A stretch of DNA of 64,000 nt from Abditibacteriaceae bacterium (GTDB lineage Bacteria; Armatimonadota; Abditibacteriia; Abditibacteriales; Abditibacteriaceae). The DNA is taken from assembly GCA_965277285.1 (NCBI GenBank), contig OZ255721.1:3616001-3680000 (forward strand), written 5' to 3'. This document shows positions 18,767-29,558 of this stretch, in pieces. The notes below the pieces were generated by a model that was given only the letters and a program-made list of their open reading frames with translations, had not been told where the DNA came from and did no database searches. Each line of letters opens with the position of its first letter. Positions within the stretch are counted from its first letter, which is position 1. Both the position numbers and the translations under genes were made by a program.

Positions 18767-19726
18767 TTAAATTGTGCGATTGTCGCGGATGGTTTGCGTC
18801 GGGTCATCAACTTCCACACGCTCTTTGCGAATGGTGTCGGAAACGTTCTGCTGTTCAGTTGTGCGCGTCTTGCCGATTTCGATTTCTTCGACGACGTGCG
18901 CCGATTTAGTCACGTTGACGGTTTCTTCCATTACGGGAACGCGGATCACGTCGCCATCATTTAAGAGAGTTTCGCCTGCTGCCAAGGGGCGATCTGTCGC
19001 GTGGCGCTCGATAGTCACTTGTTCGCGTGAAATTTCTACTGGAATGTTGACTTGCTCTTCGATAACGTGCTTGTGAACGGCGACTTCACCCGACTGCTGC
19101 ATCGCTTTTTGCACGTTCAGTTGCTCTTCCATAACTGGCACGCGAATGTGATCGGCGTCATTTACGGTGCCAACGTTTGCTGTACCGAAATTCGCAGTTG
19201 TGCTGGTCGTGTCGTAATCAACGGCGTTGATGGGTGGCACGCCAGTTGTCGTCGCGTAAGTGTTGTCGGTTGACTCGGCAACGCCACGATGTCCGCCGAA
19301 GTCTTTGGTCGCATCGCCCGCAGCCGCACCCAACATTCCACCGGCGACGGCGCCTGCTACGGTTCCAACCGGGCCGGCTGCCGAACCGATAACCGCGCCG
19401 GAAATGGCGCCCGCGCCTGTTCCCGCGTCGCGTCCCAGATGGCCGTCGCTGCCGGTGCGCACGCTCACGTCGTCGTGATCGTCGCCGATGTCATGCGCGG
19501 CGTTGCCTGCGGCGTGGCCCAACATTCCGCCAGCAATGGCGCCGACAACAGTTCCTACAGGGCCAACGACCGAACCCAACATCCCGCCAGCAATGGCGCC
19601 GGTTCCGGTTCCCGCCGTGCGTCCCAAAGTGCCGTCGCTGTCGTGCGCGCCGGGGACTTGTTCCGGTGAAACGTGTTCGTTGTTGACATTGGTTCCCGTT
19701 GTCAAATCTTCGTTCAAGTTGCTCAT
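18767..19726 (-). CDS. YsnF/AvaK (DUF2382) stress protein with two glycine-zipper repeats
   Basis: IRVPVMEEQLNVQK..GEV.VHKHV, duplicated IRVPVMEE; GAIAGGMLG..VGPVGTVVGA repeats; GGAGG RBS. Confidence 0.85.
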   Translation of the reverse strand: MSNLNEDLTTGTNVNNEHVSPEQVPGAHDSDGTLGRTAGTGTGAIAGGMLGSVVGPVGTVVGAIAGGMLGHAAGNAAHDIGDDHDDVSVRTGSDGHLGRDAGTGAGAISGAVIGSAAGPVGTVAGAVAGGMLGAAAGDATKDFGGHRGVAESTDNTYATTTGVPPINAVDYDTTSTTANFGTANVGTVNDADHIRVPVMEEQLNVQKAMQQSGEVAVHKHVIEEQVNIPVEISREQVTIERHATDRPLAAGETLLNDGDVIRVPVMEETVNVTKSAHVVEEIEIGKTRTTEQQNVSDTIRKERVEVDDPTQTIRDNRTI

Positions 19727-19984
19727 TTCCTGCCTCCTGGTTCTCTGTGCCGCCCGGACTGTGCTAAATGCCAGTCTCCGACTGTTTGCGGCGAGGCTGT
19801 TTAGGCAAATCATGTTCCACATTGTTAATAATGAACAAAAATATTTGCATCAACAGAAAACCTTGAAAGTGGTATCGGCAAATTCGAGAAAACGCTTTCT
19901 CGTGACGTATAATAAGAAGTTATTGGCATTGTGATTCGCAAGCGATGTTGCTGATGCAAAATCCCATTGCGCAGGGAGAGTTCC

Positions 19985-22849
19985 ATGACACCGGATCGTA
20001 ATGACGCGACATCTTCCATTGATTCTTCCCCGTCGGAGTCCGAACCGAATCGAGTACTCGAAAGCACGATTTCCGATGCTTTGGACGCTGTAACTCCGCC
20101 GTCCGAGACAAGTTCTTTATCCGACGTAGTTCTGCCTGGCACGGGACGAGATGCGTTAGAAAAGTTCTTTGTGTTATCGCTGGAAATGTTGTGCATCGCG
20201 GGTTTCGATGGCGTTTTCAAGCGCGTCAATCCGGCTTTTACGCAAATTCTGGGCTACCGAGAAGACGAACTTCTGGGGCGCCCTTTTTTGGACATGGTGC
20301 ATCCCGACGACCGCGAGCGGACGATTCAAGAAACGAGCGATCTGACGGGCGGCGGCAGCACGATTGCTTTTGAGAACCGCTATCTTTGCAAAGACGGTTC
20401 GATCAAATGGCTGTCCTGGAAATCGACTGCTGACGTGACCAACGGTTTGATTTACGCCACAGCGCACGACATCACGCAGCGCCACCTCAACGAAGAATCC
20501 TTGCGCGCTGGTGAAAAACGCTTTCGCTCGCTCATCGAAGCGACTTCGGCCATTGTGTGGAATACGCCCGCTTCCGGCGAATTTGAAATGCCGCAACCCG
20601 CGTGGAGCGCCTTCACCGGACAAACCTGGGACGAACTCAAAGGTTGGGGCTGGCTCAGCGCGGTACATCCCGACGACCAAGCGGAAACCGCGCGCATCTG
20701 GACAAAGGCTTTTGAAACGCGCAGTCTTTATCAGGTCGAGCATCGCATTCGTCGCGCTGATGGCGAATATCGCACTATGGCCGTGCGCGCCGTTCCAGTA
20801 CTCGATACGCGCGGCGAAATCTTGGAATGGATCGGCGTTCACACCGACGTGACCGAAAGCAAGCTCGCCGAAGCAACCACGCAACGCGCCGAACGCTTTC
20901 TGACTTCGCTGGTCGAAAACATTCCGCACATGATTTTCGTGAAGGACGCGCAGGAATTGCGTTACGTGCGCATCAATAAAGCGGGCGAAAACCTGCTGGG
21001 ACTGTCGCGCGAGCAAATGTTGGGAAAAAGCGACAGCGACTTTTTCCCGCCCGAAGAAGTCGCTTTTTTCGTTCAGAAAGACCGCGTTGTGTTAGAAGGC
21101 CATCGCATCGTTGACATTCCTGAAGAATCGATTCAAACCGCCAACGGTACGCGCGTTTTGCACACCAAAAAAATCCCGATTTTGGATGTCGACGGCGTGC
21201 CGCAATATCTGCTGGGCATTTCGGAAGACATTACAGAACACAAATTGGCCGAAGTCGAATTGCAGCGCGCCAAAGAGGCCGCCGAAGCCGCCAGCCGCGC
21301 CAAATCCGAATTTCTGGCCAATATGAGCCACGAATTGCGCACGCCTCTCAACGCCATCATCGGCTTTTCCGAAGTGTTGGAAGACAAAACGTTCGGCGAA
21401 TTGAACGCGCGCCAGTCGAAATATGTGTCCAATATCTTGACCAGCGGACGCCATTTGCTGCAACTCATCAACGATATTTTAGACATCGCCAAAATCGAGG
21501 CCGGACGTTTGACGCTCGACCGCGCGCCTTTTCCCGTCGAAACCGCTTTGAACGACGTGATTGCGATTGTCAAGGCTTTGGCCAACAAGAAAAACATTGA
21601 ATTGACGGTCGAAGTCACGCCGAATTTGCCGTCGCTTCATGCCGATCAGCCGAAGTTCAAGCAGATTATGTACAACCTGATGAGCAACGCCATCAAGTTC
21701 ACGCCGCCGGCTGGTCGCGTTGGCGTCGTCGCCACGCTGGAATCGCCCAACGCGGTGCGCATCGCGGTTTCCGATACGGGAATTGGCATCAAGGCCGAAG
21801 ATCATGACCGCGTTTTTGGCGAGTTCGAGCAAGTCGATTCGTCTTATTCGCGCCAGCAGCAAGGCACCGGTTTAGGTTTGGCGCTCACCAAAAACCTGAT
21901 TGAATTGCATGGCGGTCGCATCTGGGTCGAAAGCGAAGGCGTCGAAGGCAAAGGCACCACATTCACTTTTGTGCTGCCGCTCGATGAAACGCTGGATGAG
22001 ACAATCGAGTACTCGAATGGCACAAACGGCGAAGCGGAAACACCGAAATCTGCGGATGAAGCGGCGGAAGAAACAGCGCCGCACAACGACGATTCAGGCG
22101 AAGCGCCAGTCGTTCTGGTGGTGGAAGATAACGGCCCGGCCAGTGAATTGCTGACGCATTATTTGACCGAAGCGGGCTATCGCGTCGCGCACGCATCCGA
22201 TGGCGAACAAGCGGTGCAAATGGCGACCGAACTGCATCCTTTTGCTGTCACGCTCGACATCATGCTGCCGCACAAAGACGGCTGGCAGGTCTTAAGCGAA
22301 ATGAAAGCGCAAGCCGCAACAGCCGATGTGCCGGTCGTCATTGTTTCGATGACCGAAGACCGCCAGTTGGGATTTAGCCTGGGCGCTGTGGATTTTTTGG
22401 TCAAGCCAATCGACAAAAACCGCTTGATCGAAGTGATCGCCAAAGCGGGCGCCGCAAACGCCAGAAGCGCTAAAAACGAGAAACCCATCGTTCTGGTGGT
22501 GGATGACGAACCGAAAAGCGTCGAACTGTTGGCGGATTTGTTGCAAAACGAAGGTTTTCGAGTACTCGAAGCGTTCGGTGGGCAGGAAGGCATTGATCTG
22601 GCGACGCGCCATTTGCCGCAAGTCATCATTCTTGATTTGATGATGCCCCAGGTCAACGGTTTCGATGTGGTACGGCAATTGCGCGCCAATCCCGCGACCA
22701 AAGACATTTCCATCGTCATTTTTTCGGCCAAAGACATTACCGCCGAAGACGTGGCGCGCTTGAACAGCGACATCCGCGCGATTTTCCCCAAATCGGGCAA
22801 AGACGAACTGCTGCGCGAACTGGCCAAGCTGAAAACCGTTGAAAGTTAA
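19985..22849 (+). CDS. Cytoplasmic hybrid histidine kinase: 3 PAS, HisKA, HATPase, 2 receiver domains
   Basis: VHPDD PAS motifs, AKSEFLANMSHELRTPLNAIIGF, NAIKFT, DTGIGI, GTGLGL, two REC domains. Confidence 0.95.
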   Translation: MTPDRNDATSSIDSSPSESEPNRVLESTISDALDAVTPPSETSSLSDVVLPGTGRDALEKFFVLSLEMLCIAGFDGVFKRVNPAFTQILGYREDELLGRPFLDMVHPDDRERTIQETSDLTGGGSTIAFENRYLCKDGSIKWLSWKSTADVTNGLIYATAHDITQRHLNEESLRAGEKRFRSLIEATSAIVWNTPASGEFEMPQPAWSAFTGQTWDELKGWGWLSAVHPDDQAETARIWTKAFETRSLYQVEHRIRRADGEYRTMAVRAVPVLDTRGEILEWIGVHTDVTESKLAEATTQRAERFLTSLVENIPHMIFVKDAQELRYVRINKAGENLLGLSREQMLGKSDSDFFPPEEVAFFVQKDRVVLEGHRIVDIPEESIQTANGTRVLHTKKIPILDVDGVPQYLLGISEDITEHKLAEVELQRAKEAAEAASRAKSEFLANMSHELRTPLNAIIGFSEVLEDKTFGELNARQSKYVSNILTSGRHLLQLINDILDIAKIEAGRLTLDRAPFPVETALNDVIAIVKALANKKNIELTVEVTPNLPSLHADQPKFKQIMYNLMSNAIKFTPPAGRVGVVATLESPNAVRIAVSDTGIGIKAEDHDRVFGEFEQVDSSYSRQQQGTGLGLALTKNLIELHGGRIWVESEGVEGKGTTFTFVLPLDETLDETIEYSNGTNGEAETPKSADEAAEETAPHNDDSGEAPVVLVVEDNGPASELLTHYLTEAGYRVAHASDGEQAVQMATELHPFAVTLDIMLPHKDGWQVLSEMKAQAATADVPVVIVSMTEDRQLGFSLGAVDFLVKPIDKNRLIEVIAKAGAANARSAKNEKPIVLVVDDEPKSVELLADLLQNEGFRVLEAFGGQEGIDLATRHLPQVIILDLMMPQVNGFDVVRQLRANPATKDISIVIFSAKDITAEDVARLNSDIRAIFPKSGKDELLRELAKLKTVES

Positions 22850-22877
22850 AATTCGTTAAAGTTGAGGAGGGCGCGCG

Positions 22878-23249
22878 ATGGCGGGCGAGACGATTCTGAT
22901 CGTGGAAGACAACGAGGCGAACATGGAACTGGCGACCGATTTGTTGGAAATGGCCGGTTACCTTGTGTTGCAGGCTGAAAACGCTGAAGTCGGAATCGAA
23001 ATCGCCAACGCGCAACTGCCCAACCTGGTGTTGATGGATGTCGGTTTGCCCGGCATGGACGGTTTAACGGCGACCGGCATTTTGATGCACGCCGAAAAAA
23101 CCAGGCACATTCCGATTGTTGTTGTTACGGCGCACGCCATGAAAGGCGATCAGGAAAAAGCGATGCAAAGCGGTTGCGCCGGTTACATCACCAAGCCGAT
23201 TGACACGCGCGCCTTTTCCAAAACCGTCGCCTCATTTCTGGACGATTGA
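22878..23249 (+). CDS. Single-domain response regulator
   Basis: ILIVEDN, LVLMDVGLPGMDG, VTAHAM.GD, YITKPID; GAGGAG RBS. Confidence 0.93.
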   Translation: MAGETILIVEDNEANMELATDLLEMAGYLVLQAENAEVGIEIANAQLPNLVLMDVGLPGMDGLTATGILMHAEKTRHIPIVVVTAHAMKGDQEKAMQSGCAGYITKPIDTRAFSKTVASFLDD

Positions 23250-23279
23250 AAATCGAATCGAGTACTCGAATAACTAATT

Positions 23280-24497
23280 ATGGCTCAATCCAAGCGCATT
23301 CTCATTGTGGACGACGAAGAGTTCAACCGCGAACTGTTGGAAGGTTTGGTGGAGTCGTTTGGCCACGAATCGGAGACAGCGTGCGATGGTAAAGACGCGC
23401 TCGAAAAAATCACGCCCGCCATCGACCTGATTTTGCTGGACGCCATGATGCCCGGCATGGATGGTTTTGAAGTCGCGCGTCGCACCCGCGAAAACCCGCT
23501 CGTGGCGCAGATTCCGATTGTCATGGTGACGGCTTTGACTTCCAAAGAAGATCGCCTGCGCGCAGTCGAGGCGGGCGCCAACGATTTTATCACCAAGCCG
23601 ATTGATCGCACCGAACTCAAGGTGCGCATGACTTCGCTGTTGAAAATGAAGGAAGCGCAGGACGCCATCAGACGCAGTCGGGAAGAGTTGCGCGCCCACA
23701 ACGCCTTGATGCAAGCCGACCTCGACCTGGCGCGCGCGATGCAGGAAGCGTTTATCCTGAAGAAATATCCGTCCTTCCCAACCGATGCGCTGACCGATGA
23801 AAGCGAATTCAACTTTTGTCATCGCTACATTCCGGCCACGACTTTGGGCGGCGATTTCTTCGATGTGCTGGCGCTTTCGAGTACTCAAGCCGGCGTTTTT
23901 ATCTGCGACGTGATGGGTCATGGCGTGCGTTCGGCTCTGGTGACGGCGATGATGCGCGCTCTGGTCGGCGAACGCAAGTCTGTGGCGAGCGACCCGGGAC
24001 AGTTTATGAGCGCCATCAACACGCATTTGCTCAGCATTCTGGAACAATCGCGCACGCCGATGTTCGCCTCGGCTTTTTACCTGATCGCCGATGTCGAAAA
24101 AGGCACGATTTCGTATTCCAACGCCGGACATCCCAGCCCAATTCGCATTCGCCGCGATACGGGACAAACCAGCCATTTGGTAGAAGAACCTCTGGCGTCT
24201 GGCCCGGTGCTGGGCGTTTTCGGCGAAGTCACTTATCAGACAGTGACCAGCGAATTGTCGAGCCATGACATGTTCGCCTTGTTCACCGACGGCTTGTATG
24301 AAATCGAAAACGAAGCGCATCCCGAAGACGAATACGGCGAAGAACGACTTTTGAAAGCGTTTCAAGCGCGCGCCCAACTTCCTGCGGATCAATTGTTCGA
24401 CGACGTTTTGGCGGAAGTGCGCGCTTTTTCCGGCAGCAACGATTTCGAAGACGACGTGTGCGTTATCGGCATAGAAGTCAAGCGCCGCAAACGTTGA
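23280..24497 (+). CDS. Receiver + PP2C (SpoIIE/RsbU-type) phosphatase
   Basis: REC domain then GGDFFDV, ICDVMGHG, NAGH, FTDGL.E, DDVC. Confidence 0.92.
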   Translation: MAQSKRILIVDDEEFNRELLEGLVESFGHESETACDGKDALEKITPAIDLILLDAMMPGMDGFEVARRTRENPLVAQIPIVMVTALTSKEDRLRAVEAGANDFITKPIDRTELKVRMTSLLKMKEAQDAIRRSREELRAHNALMQADLDLARAMQEAFILKKYPSFPTDALTDESEFNFCHRYIPATTLGGDFFDVLALSSTQAGVFICDVMGHGVRSALVTAMMRALVGERKSVASDPGQFMSAINTHLLSILEQSRTPMFASAFYLIADVEKGTISYSNAGHPSPIRIRRDTGQTSHLVEEPLASGPVLGVFGEVTYQTVTSELSSHDMFALFTDGLYEIENEAHPEDEYGEERLLKAFQARAQLPADQLFDDVLAEVRAFSGSNDFEDDVCVIGIEVKRRKR

Positions 24498-24538
24498 AGC
24501 GAAAAACGTCGCCCACGCGTTGCATGTCAAGACACAAT

Positions 24539-24613
24539 TACAGAACCCCGAACGTAAGTGAGGGGCTGACATAACCACTACGTCAGCCCCTCACTTACGT
24601 TCGGGGTTCTGTA
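24539..24613. repeat. REP-like perfect inverted repeat (32-bp arms)
   Basis: TACAGAACCCCGAACGTAAGTGAGGGGCTGAC / exact reverse complement, 11-nt loop. Confidence 0.85.
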
Positions 24614-24648
24614 TGTTTTCTCCATTAAACTTTTCATTCTCAACATTT

Positions 24649-25464
24649 ATGCAACTCCATAATCTTATTGCGCGGCGCGCTTATTTTTCGTGCGCGCGCC
24701 AACTTCAAAATCCCGATTGGAGCGACGAGCGCAACCGCGAAGTCTTCGGGCGCGATGTTTTTCCACATGGTCACGATTATGTTTTGGACGTTTTTTATGG
24801 CGGCGACATCAGCGCACACGACGGCATGATCGTCAATTTGACGGAAATCAAGCCCGTCTTGAATCGAGTACTCGAACCGCTCGACGGCGCTTTTTTGAAC
24901 CGCGATTTGGAAGAATTTCAACAACGACGGCCCACGCTGGAGAACCTTGTAAACTTCGTCTGGCAACGCCTTCCGGCACAAATTGACCAATCCCGACTGG
25001 CGCGCGTTCGCCTGCAAGAAAACGCGCGTTTATGGATAGACAAGGACGACACTTTGATGCGATTGACACGCTGTTACGAGTTCGCCGCCGCGCACCGCCT
25101 GCACGTTCCGCAGATGAGCGACGACAACAACGCCGAACTTTACGGCAAATGCAACAACCTCAACGGTCACGGCCACAATTACGGCCTGGAAGTGACGATT
25201 GAAGGCGAGCCGAACGCTCAAACCGGCGCCATTTTTTCGATGAGCGAACTAGACAAAATCGTTGATGAAGAAGTTTTTGAACGTTTCGATCATAAGCACT
25301 TGAACGAAGATTGCCCCGAATTCCAAACCTTGATTCCGACTTCGGAAAACCTGGCGCGCGTCATCTTCGAGGTTTTGAGTGGGAAATTAAACGGCGCTCG
25401 ATTGGTGAAAATCGGCTTGCACGAGACGACCAAGAATTATTTTGAAGTGGAGGCGGCGCGTTGA
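24649..25464 (+). CDS. Tandem-domain 6-pyruvoyl/6-carboxy-tetrahydropterin synthase (QueD/PTPS family)
   Basis: Two PTPS domains: PHGHDY..PTLENL (degenerate) and [38 protein letters not shown]; adjacent to folE. Confidence 0.88.
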   Translation: MQLHNLIARRAYFSCARQLQNPDWSDERNREVFGRDVFPHGHDYVLDVFYGGDISAHDGMIVNLTEIKPVLNRVLEPLDGAFLNRDLEEFQQRRPTLENLVNFVWQRLPAQIDQSRLARVRLQENARLWIDKDDTLMRLTRCYEFAAAHRLHVPQMSDDNNAELYGKCNNLNGHGHNYGLEVTIEGEPNAQTGAIFSMSELDKIVDEEVFERFDHKHLNEDCPEFQTLIPTSENLARVIFEVLSGKLNGARLVKIGLHETTKNYFEVEAAR

Positions 25465-26126
25465 GCGATTTGCATCAGGAAAACGACAATCGAGTACTCG
25501 AAACCGTGAATAGCGCAACTGGCGCAACTGCGAACGATGTCGAAACGAACGGGAAACCGAAAATTGATGTCGGCGGCATGGACAAGTTTTACGAAGGCAT
25601 TTTGCGCGGCGTCGGCGAAGACCCAACGCGCGAAGGCTTGCTGAAAACGCCGTATCGCGCGGCGGCTGCGATGAAGTTTCTGACGCAAGGCTACGATCAA
25701 AAACTCGAAGTGCTGCTCAATAACGCGATTTTTGAGGAAGAGAACAACAACATGGTCGTCCTGCGCGACATCGAGTTCTCAAGTCTTTGCGAGCATCATC
25801 TTCTGCCATTTTTCGGCAAATGCCATATCGCTTATATTCCTAACGGCAAGATTGTCGGCGTCTCCAAATTGGCGCGCATCGTCGATATGTTCGCGCGGCG
25901 TTTGCAAGTTCAAGAGCGCATGACGAACCAGATCGCGGACGCCATCGAAGACGCTCTGCAGCCTTTAGGCGTCGGCGTTGTCGCGGAAGGATCGCATCTT
26001 TGCATGCAGATGCGCGGCGTCGAAAAACAGCACTCGAAAATGATGACCAGTGCGATGCGCGGCGCTTTTCAAGCCTTGCCGACGCGCATGGAAATGATGA
26101 GCCTGATTCGCAGCAACGGAAGTTGA
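25461..26126 (+). CDS. folE: GTP cyclohydrolase I
   Basis: [49 protein letters not shown]. Confidence 0.97.
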   Translation: MSDLHQENDNRVLETVNSATGATANDVETNGKPKIDVGGMDKFYEGILRGVGEDPTREGLLKTPYRAAAAMKFLTQGYDQKLEVLLNNAIFEEENNNMVVLRDIEFSSLCEHHLLPFFGKCHIAYIPNGKIVGVSKLARIVDMFARRLQVQERMTNQIADAIEDALQPLGVGVVAEGSHLCMQMRGVEKQHSKMMTSAMRGAFQALPTRMEMMSLIRSNGS

Positions 26127-26128
26127 AT

Positions 26129-26156
26129 GTACGGGCTTGGCGCGCCAAGCCCGTAC
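26129..26156. repeat. 28-bp perfect palindrome (REP-like)
   Basis: GTACGGGCTTGGCGCGCCAAGCCCGTAC between folE and the amidohydrolase. Confidence 0.7.
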
Positions 26157-26170
26157 GAAAGGTTGCATTT

Positions 26171-27373
26171 ATGACACAAACTTTGACGCTCGAAAAAAAA
26201 ACCGTCGCGCCTTCACTGGATTTATCGTGGCAAGATGATATTGTCGCGTTGCGGCGCGATTTTCACGCGCATCCCGAACTGGGTTATGAAGAAGTGCGCA
26301 CAGCGGGCATCGTCGCCGAACGATTACGGGCATTGGGCTTGGAAGTGCGCACCGGCGTCGCGGAAACCGGCGTCATCGCGCTTTTGCGTGGCGCCAAACC
26401 TGGCCCGACGGTTCTGGTGCGCGCCGATATGGATGCCTTGCCAGTCGATGAAAAGAACGCGTGGGAGTGGAAATCGAGTACTCAAGGCAAGATGCACGCT
26501 TGCGGCCACGATTGCCATACGGCGATGGCGCTGACGGTCGCGCGGCTTTTGGTCGAGAAAAAAGACGAATTGGCGGGAACAATCAAGTTCATGTTTCAGC
26601 CGGCGGAAGAAGGCATGGGTGGTGCGGGACGCATGATTGACGAGGGCTTACTGGACGACCCGAAACCCGATTTCGCGCTCGCGCTGCACGTTTGGAGCGA
26701 CATCGAAGTCGGCAAAATCGCCGTGAAAGTTGGGCCGGTGATGGCATACGCGGATGGTTTCAAAGCGAAAATCATCGGCAAAGGCGGGCATGGCGCGATT
26801 CCTCAGCAAACGATCGATCCGATTGTCGTGGCTTCGCACGTCGTTCTGGCGCTGCAAACCACGGTTTCGCGCAACATCAATCCGCTGCATCCTGCGGTTG
26901 TGACGGTCGGCAAAGTATGGGCGGGCAGCGCCTTCAACGTGATTCCTAACGAAGCCGAAATCGAAGGCACAGTTCGTTCGTTTGACCCGATTGTACGCGA
27001 CACTTTAGAGCGACGTTGCCGCGAAATCATCGAAGAACTGCCGCGTGCTTTCGGCGCAACTGCAGAATTTGAATATCTGCATGGTTATCCCGCGACGGTG
27101 AACGATGCGCGCGTCACGGAAATGATTCGTCCCGCACTGGAAAGCGTGGTCGGGGCGGAAAACGTCGAAGAGTTTGAGCCGACAATGGGCGCCGAAGATT
27201 TTTCGCTCGTTCTTGAAAAAGTGCCCGGCTGCTATTTCTTCGTCGGCGGGCGCAACGCCGTCATCGACGCGGTTTATCCGCATCATCACGAACGTTTCAA
27301 CATTGATGAACGCGCGCTGGAAATCGGCGCACGCGCGATGGTCGCGGCTGTTGAAGAATGCCTGAAAAACTGA
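26171..27373 (+). CDS. M20D family amidohydrolase
   Basis: HAHPELGYEE, RADMDALP, MHACGHD, FQPAEE, GKGGHGA, MGAEDF, HH..F.IDE. Confidence 0.95.
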   Translation: MTQTLTLEKKTVAPSLDLSWQDDIVALRRDFHAHPELGYEEVRTAGIVAERLRALGLEVRTGVAETGVIALLRGAKPGPTVLVRADMDALPVDEKNAWEWKSSTQGKMHACGHDCHTAMALTVARLLVEKKDELAGTIKFMFQPAEEGMGGAGRMIDEGLLDDPKPDFALALHVWSDIEVGKIAVKVGPVMAYADGFKAKIIGKGGHGAIPQQTIDPIVVASHVVLALQTTVSRNINPLHPAVVTVGKVWAGSAFNVIPNEAEIEGTVRSFDPIVRDTLERRCREIIEELPRAFGATAEFEYLHGYPATVNDARVTEMIRPALESVVGAENVEEFEPTMGAEDFSLVLEKVPGCYFFVGGRNAVIDAVYPHHHERFNIDERALEIGARAMVAAVEECLKN

Positions 27374-27380
27374 ATATTTG

Positions 27381-27541
27381 AACCGCAGAGGCGCCAAGAC
27401 GCGGAGAAAAAATAAGGGTTTGGTCATTCTGAGCGCAGCGAAGAATCTGGCGTAAAGGTAGATTCTTCGCTGCGCTCAGAATGACAAAGTGCAGATTTTG
27501 AGCAATCAAAATTTCTTGGCGAACTTGGCGTCTTGGCGGTT
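27381..27541. repeat. Nested intergenic repeats: AACCGCAGAG/CCAAG-type arms enclosing a GTCATTCTGAG-type REP
   Basis: Inner GTCATTCTGAGCGCAGCGAAGAATCT..AGATTCTTCGCTGCGCTCAGAATGAC (27423-27485); outer AACCGCAGAGGCGCCAAGACGCGGAG ... CTTGGCGAACTTGGCGTCTTGGCGGTT. Confidence 0.8.
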
Positions 27542-27557
27542 TTAGAAATCTCAAATT

Positions 27558-28676
27558 ATGACAACAATTGAAGTTCCCGTTGAAATCAGCGACCCGATAA
27601 ACGCGCAGATTTTGAGCGTTTCCGAAGACAGAATTCAAGGTTTTCAAGCCGATCCATTCGGCGAAATCGCGCGTTTGTCCGATGTTCCCAAAGATCGAGT
27701 ACTCGAACGCGTGCGCGCCATGCTGGAAAGCGGCACGATTCGCCGCGTGCGTCAAACTTTGATGGCGACTAATCTCGCGCCGGGTTCGCTGGTCGCGTGG
27801 CAAGTGCCCGAAGAAAAACTGCAATCGGCTTTCGATTGGATGTTTCAAAACGATCCGTTTTCCGGCCATGTCGTGATTCGCACGACCGATGCGCCGATTA
27901 AAGGCGCGCGTTATCGTTTGTGGACGACATTGAAAGTGCCAGAAGGCTTTTCGATGGTGCGTCATTGCGAATTGCTGTGCGAAAAAACTGGCGCTTTGTC
28001 CTTTAAATTGATGCCTGCGAAATGTCTGTTTGTGCTCGGCGTTGGCCACATCCGGCGCAAGAATATGGAAATCGGCAGCAAATCCGATGAATTGGCCGAA
28101 GTGACGAATACGGAAATCGTTCAATTGAACGAAGAAGAATGGCGCGTTCTGGTCGCTTTGAAACGCGAATTTGAAGTCGAAGAGCTGACGGAAAACTTGT
28201 GGGAAAATCGCGCGCAGGAAGCCGAAGTTTCGCTCGATGAGTTCATCCAAGTCGCGCAAAACCTTAGCGCGCGCGGCGTCATTGGAAGATTCTCGACGTT
28301 TCTGGAACACGTCAAACCGTCGTCTGCGGGCGAGCGCGTGACGCGTTTCAATGCGCTGTTTCACTGGGCGGTTCCAGTCGGGCGCGAAATCGAAGCGGGG
28401 CGCGAAGTCGGGCGATTCGATATTATGACACACGCGTATTGGCGCGAAGGCGGCCCGGAATTCAACAACGTCAACATCATGGGCGTGGCGCACGGAACCG
28501 ATAAGAATCGAGTACTCGGACACAAAGCCGCGATGGATGAACACTTGAAAAATGTCGGTATTCCTGTTTCTTACACCAACGTTTTCTGGGGCGGGCGCAG
28601 CGAAATCAAACCCAGCGAAATCTCGCCCATCGCTTACAAAAGTTGGGCGCATCAGATTGGTTTGAAATCGGATTAA
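27558..28676 (+). CDS. Lrp/AsnC-like tandem protein, probably fused siroheme decarboxylase (AhbAB/NirDL type)
   Basis: Two halves each HTH-like + effector-like: PFGEIA..GTIRRV..LVAWQVP..GHVV.R and GVIGRF..NALFHWAV..THAY.R..NIMGVAHG. Confidence 0.7.
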   Translation: MTTIEVPVEISDPINAQILSVSEDRIQGFQADPFGEIARLSDVPKDRVLERVRAMLESGTIRRVRQTLMATNLAPGSLVAWQVPEEKLQSAFDWMFQNDPFSGHVVIRTTDAPIKGARYRLWTTLKVPEGFSMVRHCELLCEKTGALSFKLMPAKCLFVLGVGHIRRKNMEIGSKSDELAEVTNTEIVQLNEEEWRVLVALKREFEVEELTENLWENRAQEAEVSLDEFIQVAQNLSARGVIGRFSTFLEHVKPSSAGERVTRFNALFHWAVPVGREIEAGREVGRFDIMTHAYWREGGPEFNNVNIMGVAHGTDKNRVLGHKAAMDEHLKNVGIPVSYTNVFWGGRSEIKPSEISPIAYKSWAHQIGLKSD

Positions 28677-28731
28677 CCACCAAGACACAAAGGGCACCAA
28701 GATTTTATTCTTCTTGGTGCTCTTTGCGGTT
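28676..28731. repeat. AACCACCAAGACACAAAG-type imperfect inverted repeat
   Basis: AACCACCAAGACACAAAGGGCACCAAG ... CTTGGTGCTCTTTGCGGTT; related arms at 27381, 38802 and ~39136. Confidence 0.6.
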
Positions 28732-28790
28732 GTATAAAGGCCGATTTGTTGAAGTCATAGGCCACATTACTACATATCAAGGGACTTTCG

Positions 28791-29536
28791 ATGAACCCGT
28801 TGTGGACTTTGGCGGCTTTGGCGGTCATGTTTTACGTTGGATTGCCGTTGTTGATTTTATTCAGTCAGAAGATGCAGGCGCGTCCGCAGTTTGTGGCGAT
28901 TGATCCCTCGAATGTGCCGCTGGAAGTGACACGCTATTTTTCGACGGTGGTGCCCGAACTGGAAAGGGAAGGCTTTCGCGTGATGGCTTCGCTGGGAATG
29001 CCCAATCCGGCGCCGAACGTACAAACGTTTTTGGTTATGTTGGTGCATCGCAGCGCGGGTGATAAAGCGATGGTGACGGTTGTGCAAACGACCAATCCGA
29101 ACGTGCCGATTTTGGAAGCGGCCCCGATTTCGATACCTCGACGATGGCGACGCCAGGCGTTTTTCGCCATGACGCACAGACAACGAAAACGCGATTGCCT
29201 TCAGTCAAGGATCCGCACTTGCTTTATCAAATCCATCGCTGGGTGATGTCGCAGAAAAAACCGTCTGGTTCAAAAATCACTTATAAAGAAGGCGAAGCGA
29301 CGAGTTATTTGTCGCGCGTTCTGGTCGAAGATTACGAGCGACAGGTGCGCTTTGGCCGCCTGAGATTGGATTCCGCCAGTGGCGTTTATCGCCCGACAAT
29401 TATTGGCGCCTATTTGATGACATGGGGTTTATTGTGGCCGATAAAACCGATTCGCATGATGTTGATGAAGTCGCGCGAGCAAGCGACATTGCGCGCCTTT
29501 CGCGCCACGCAAGGCAACGCCGCGACAAGTTTCTGA
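28791..29536 (+). pseudogene. Frameshifted paralog of the downstream 256-aa protein
   Basis: ORF 28791-29246 matches the N-half (QARP..LE.EGF.VM.SL..PN..GD.A) and ORF 29144-29536 the C-half (TPGVFR..TRLP..YQIH.WVMS..YE.QV.FGR..YRPT..GA.LMTW) of 29559-30329; deletion plus frameshift near 29110. Confidence 0.8.
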
Positions 29537-29558
29537 AGAACATGGGAGCGCGTTATTC

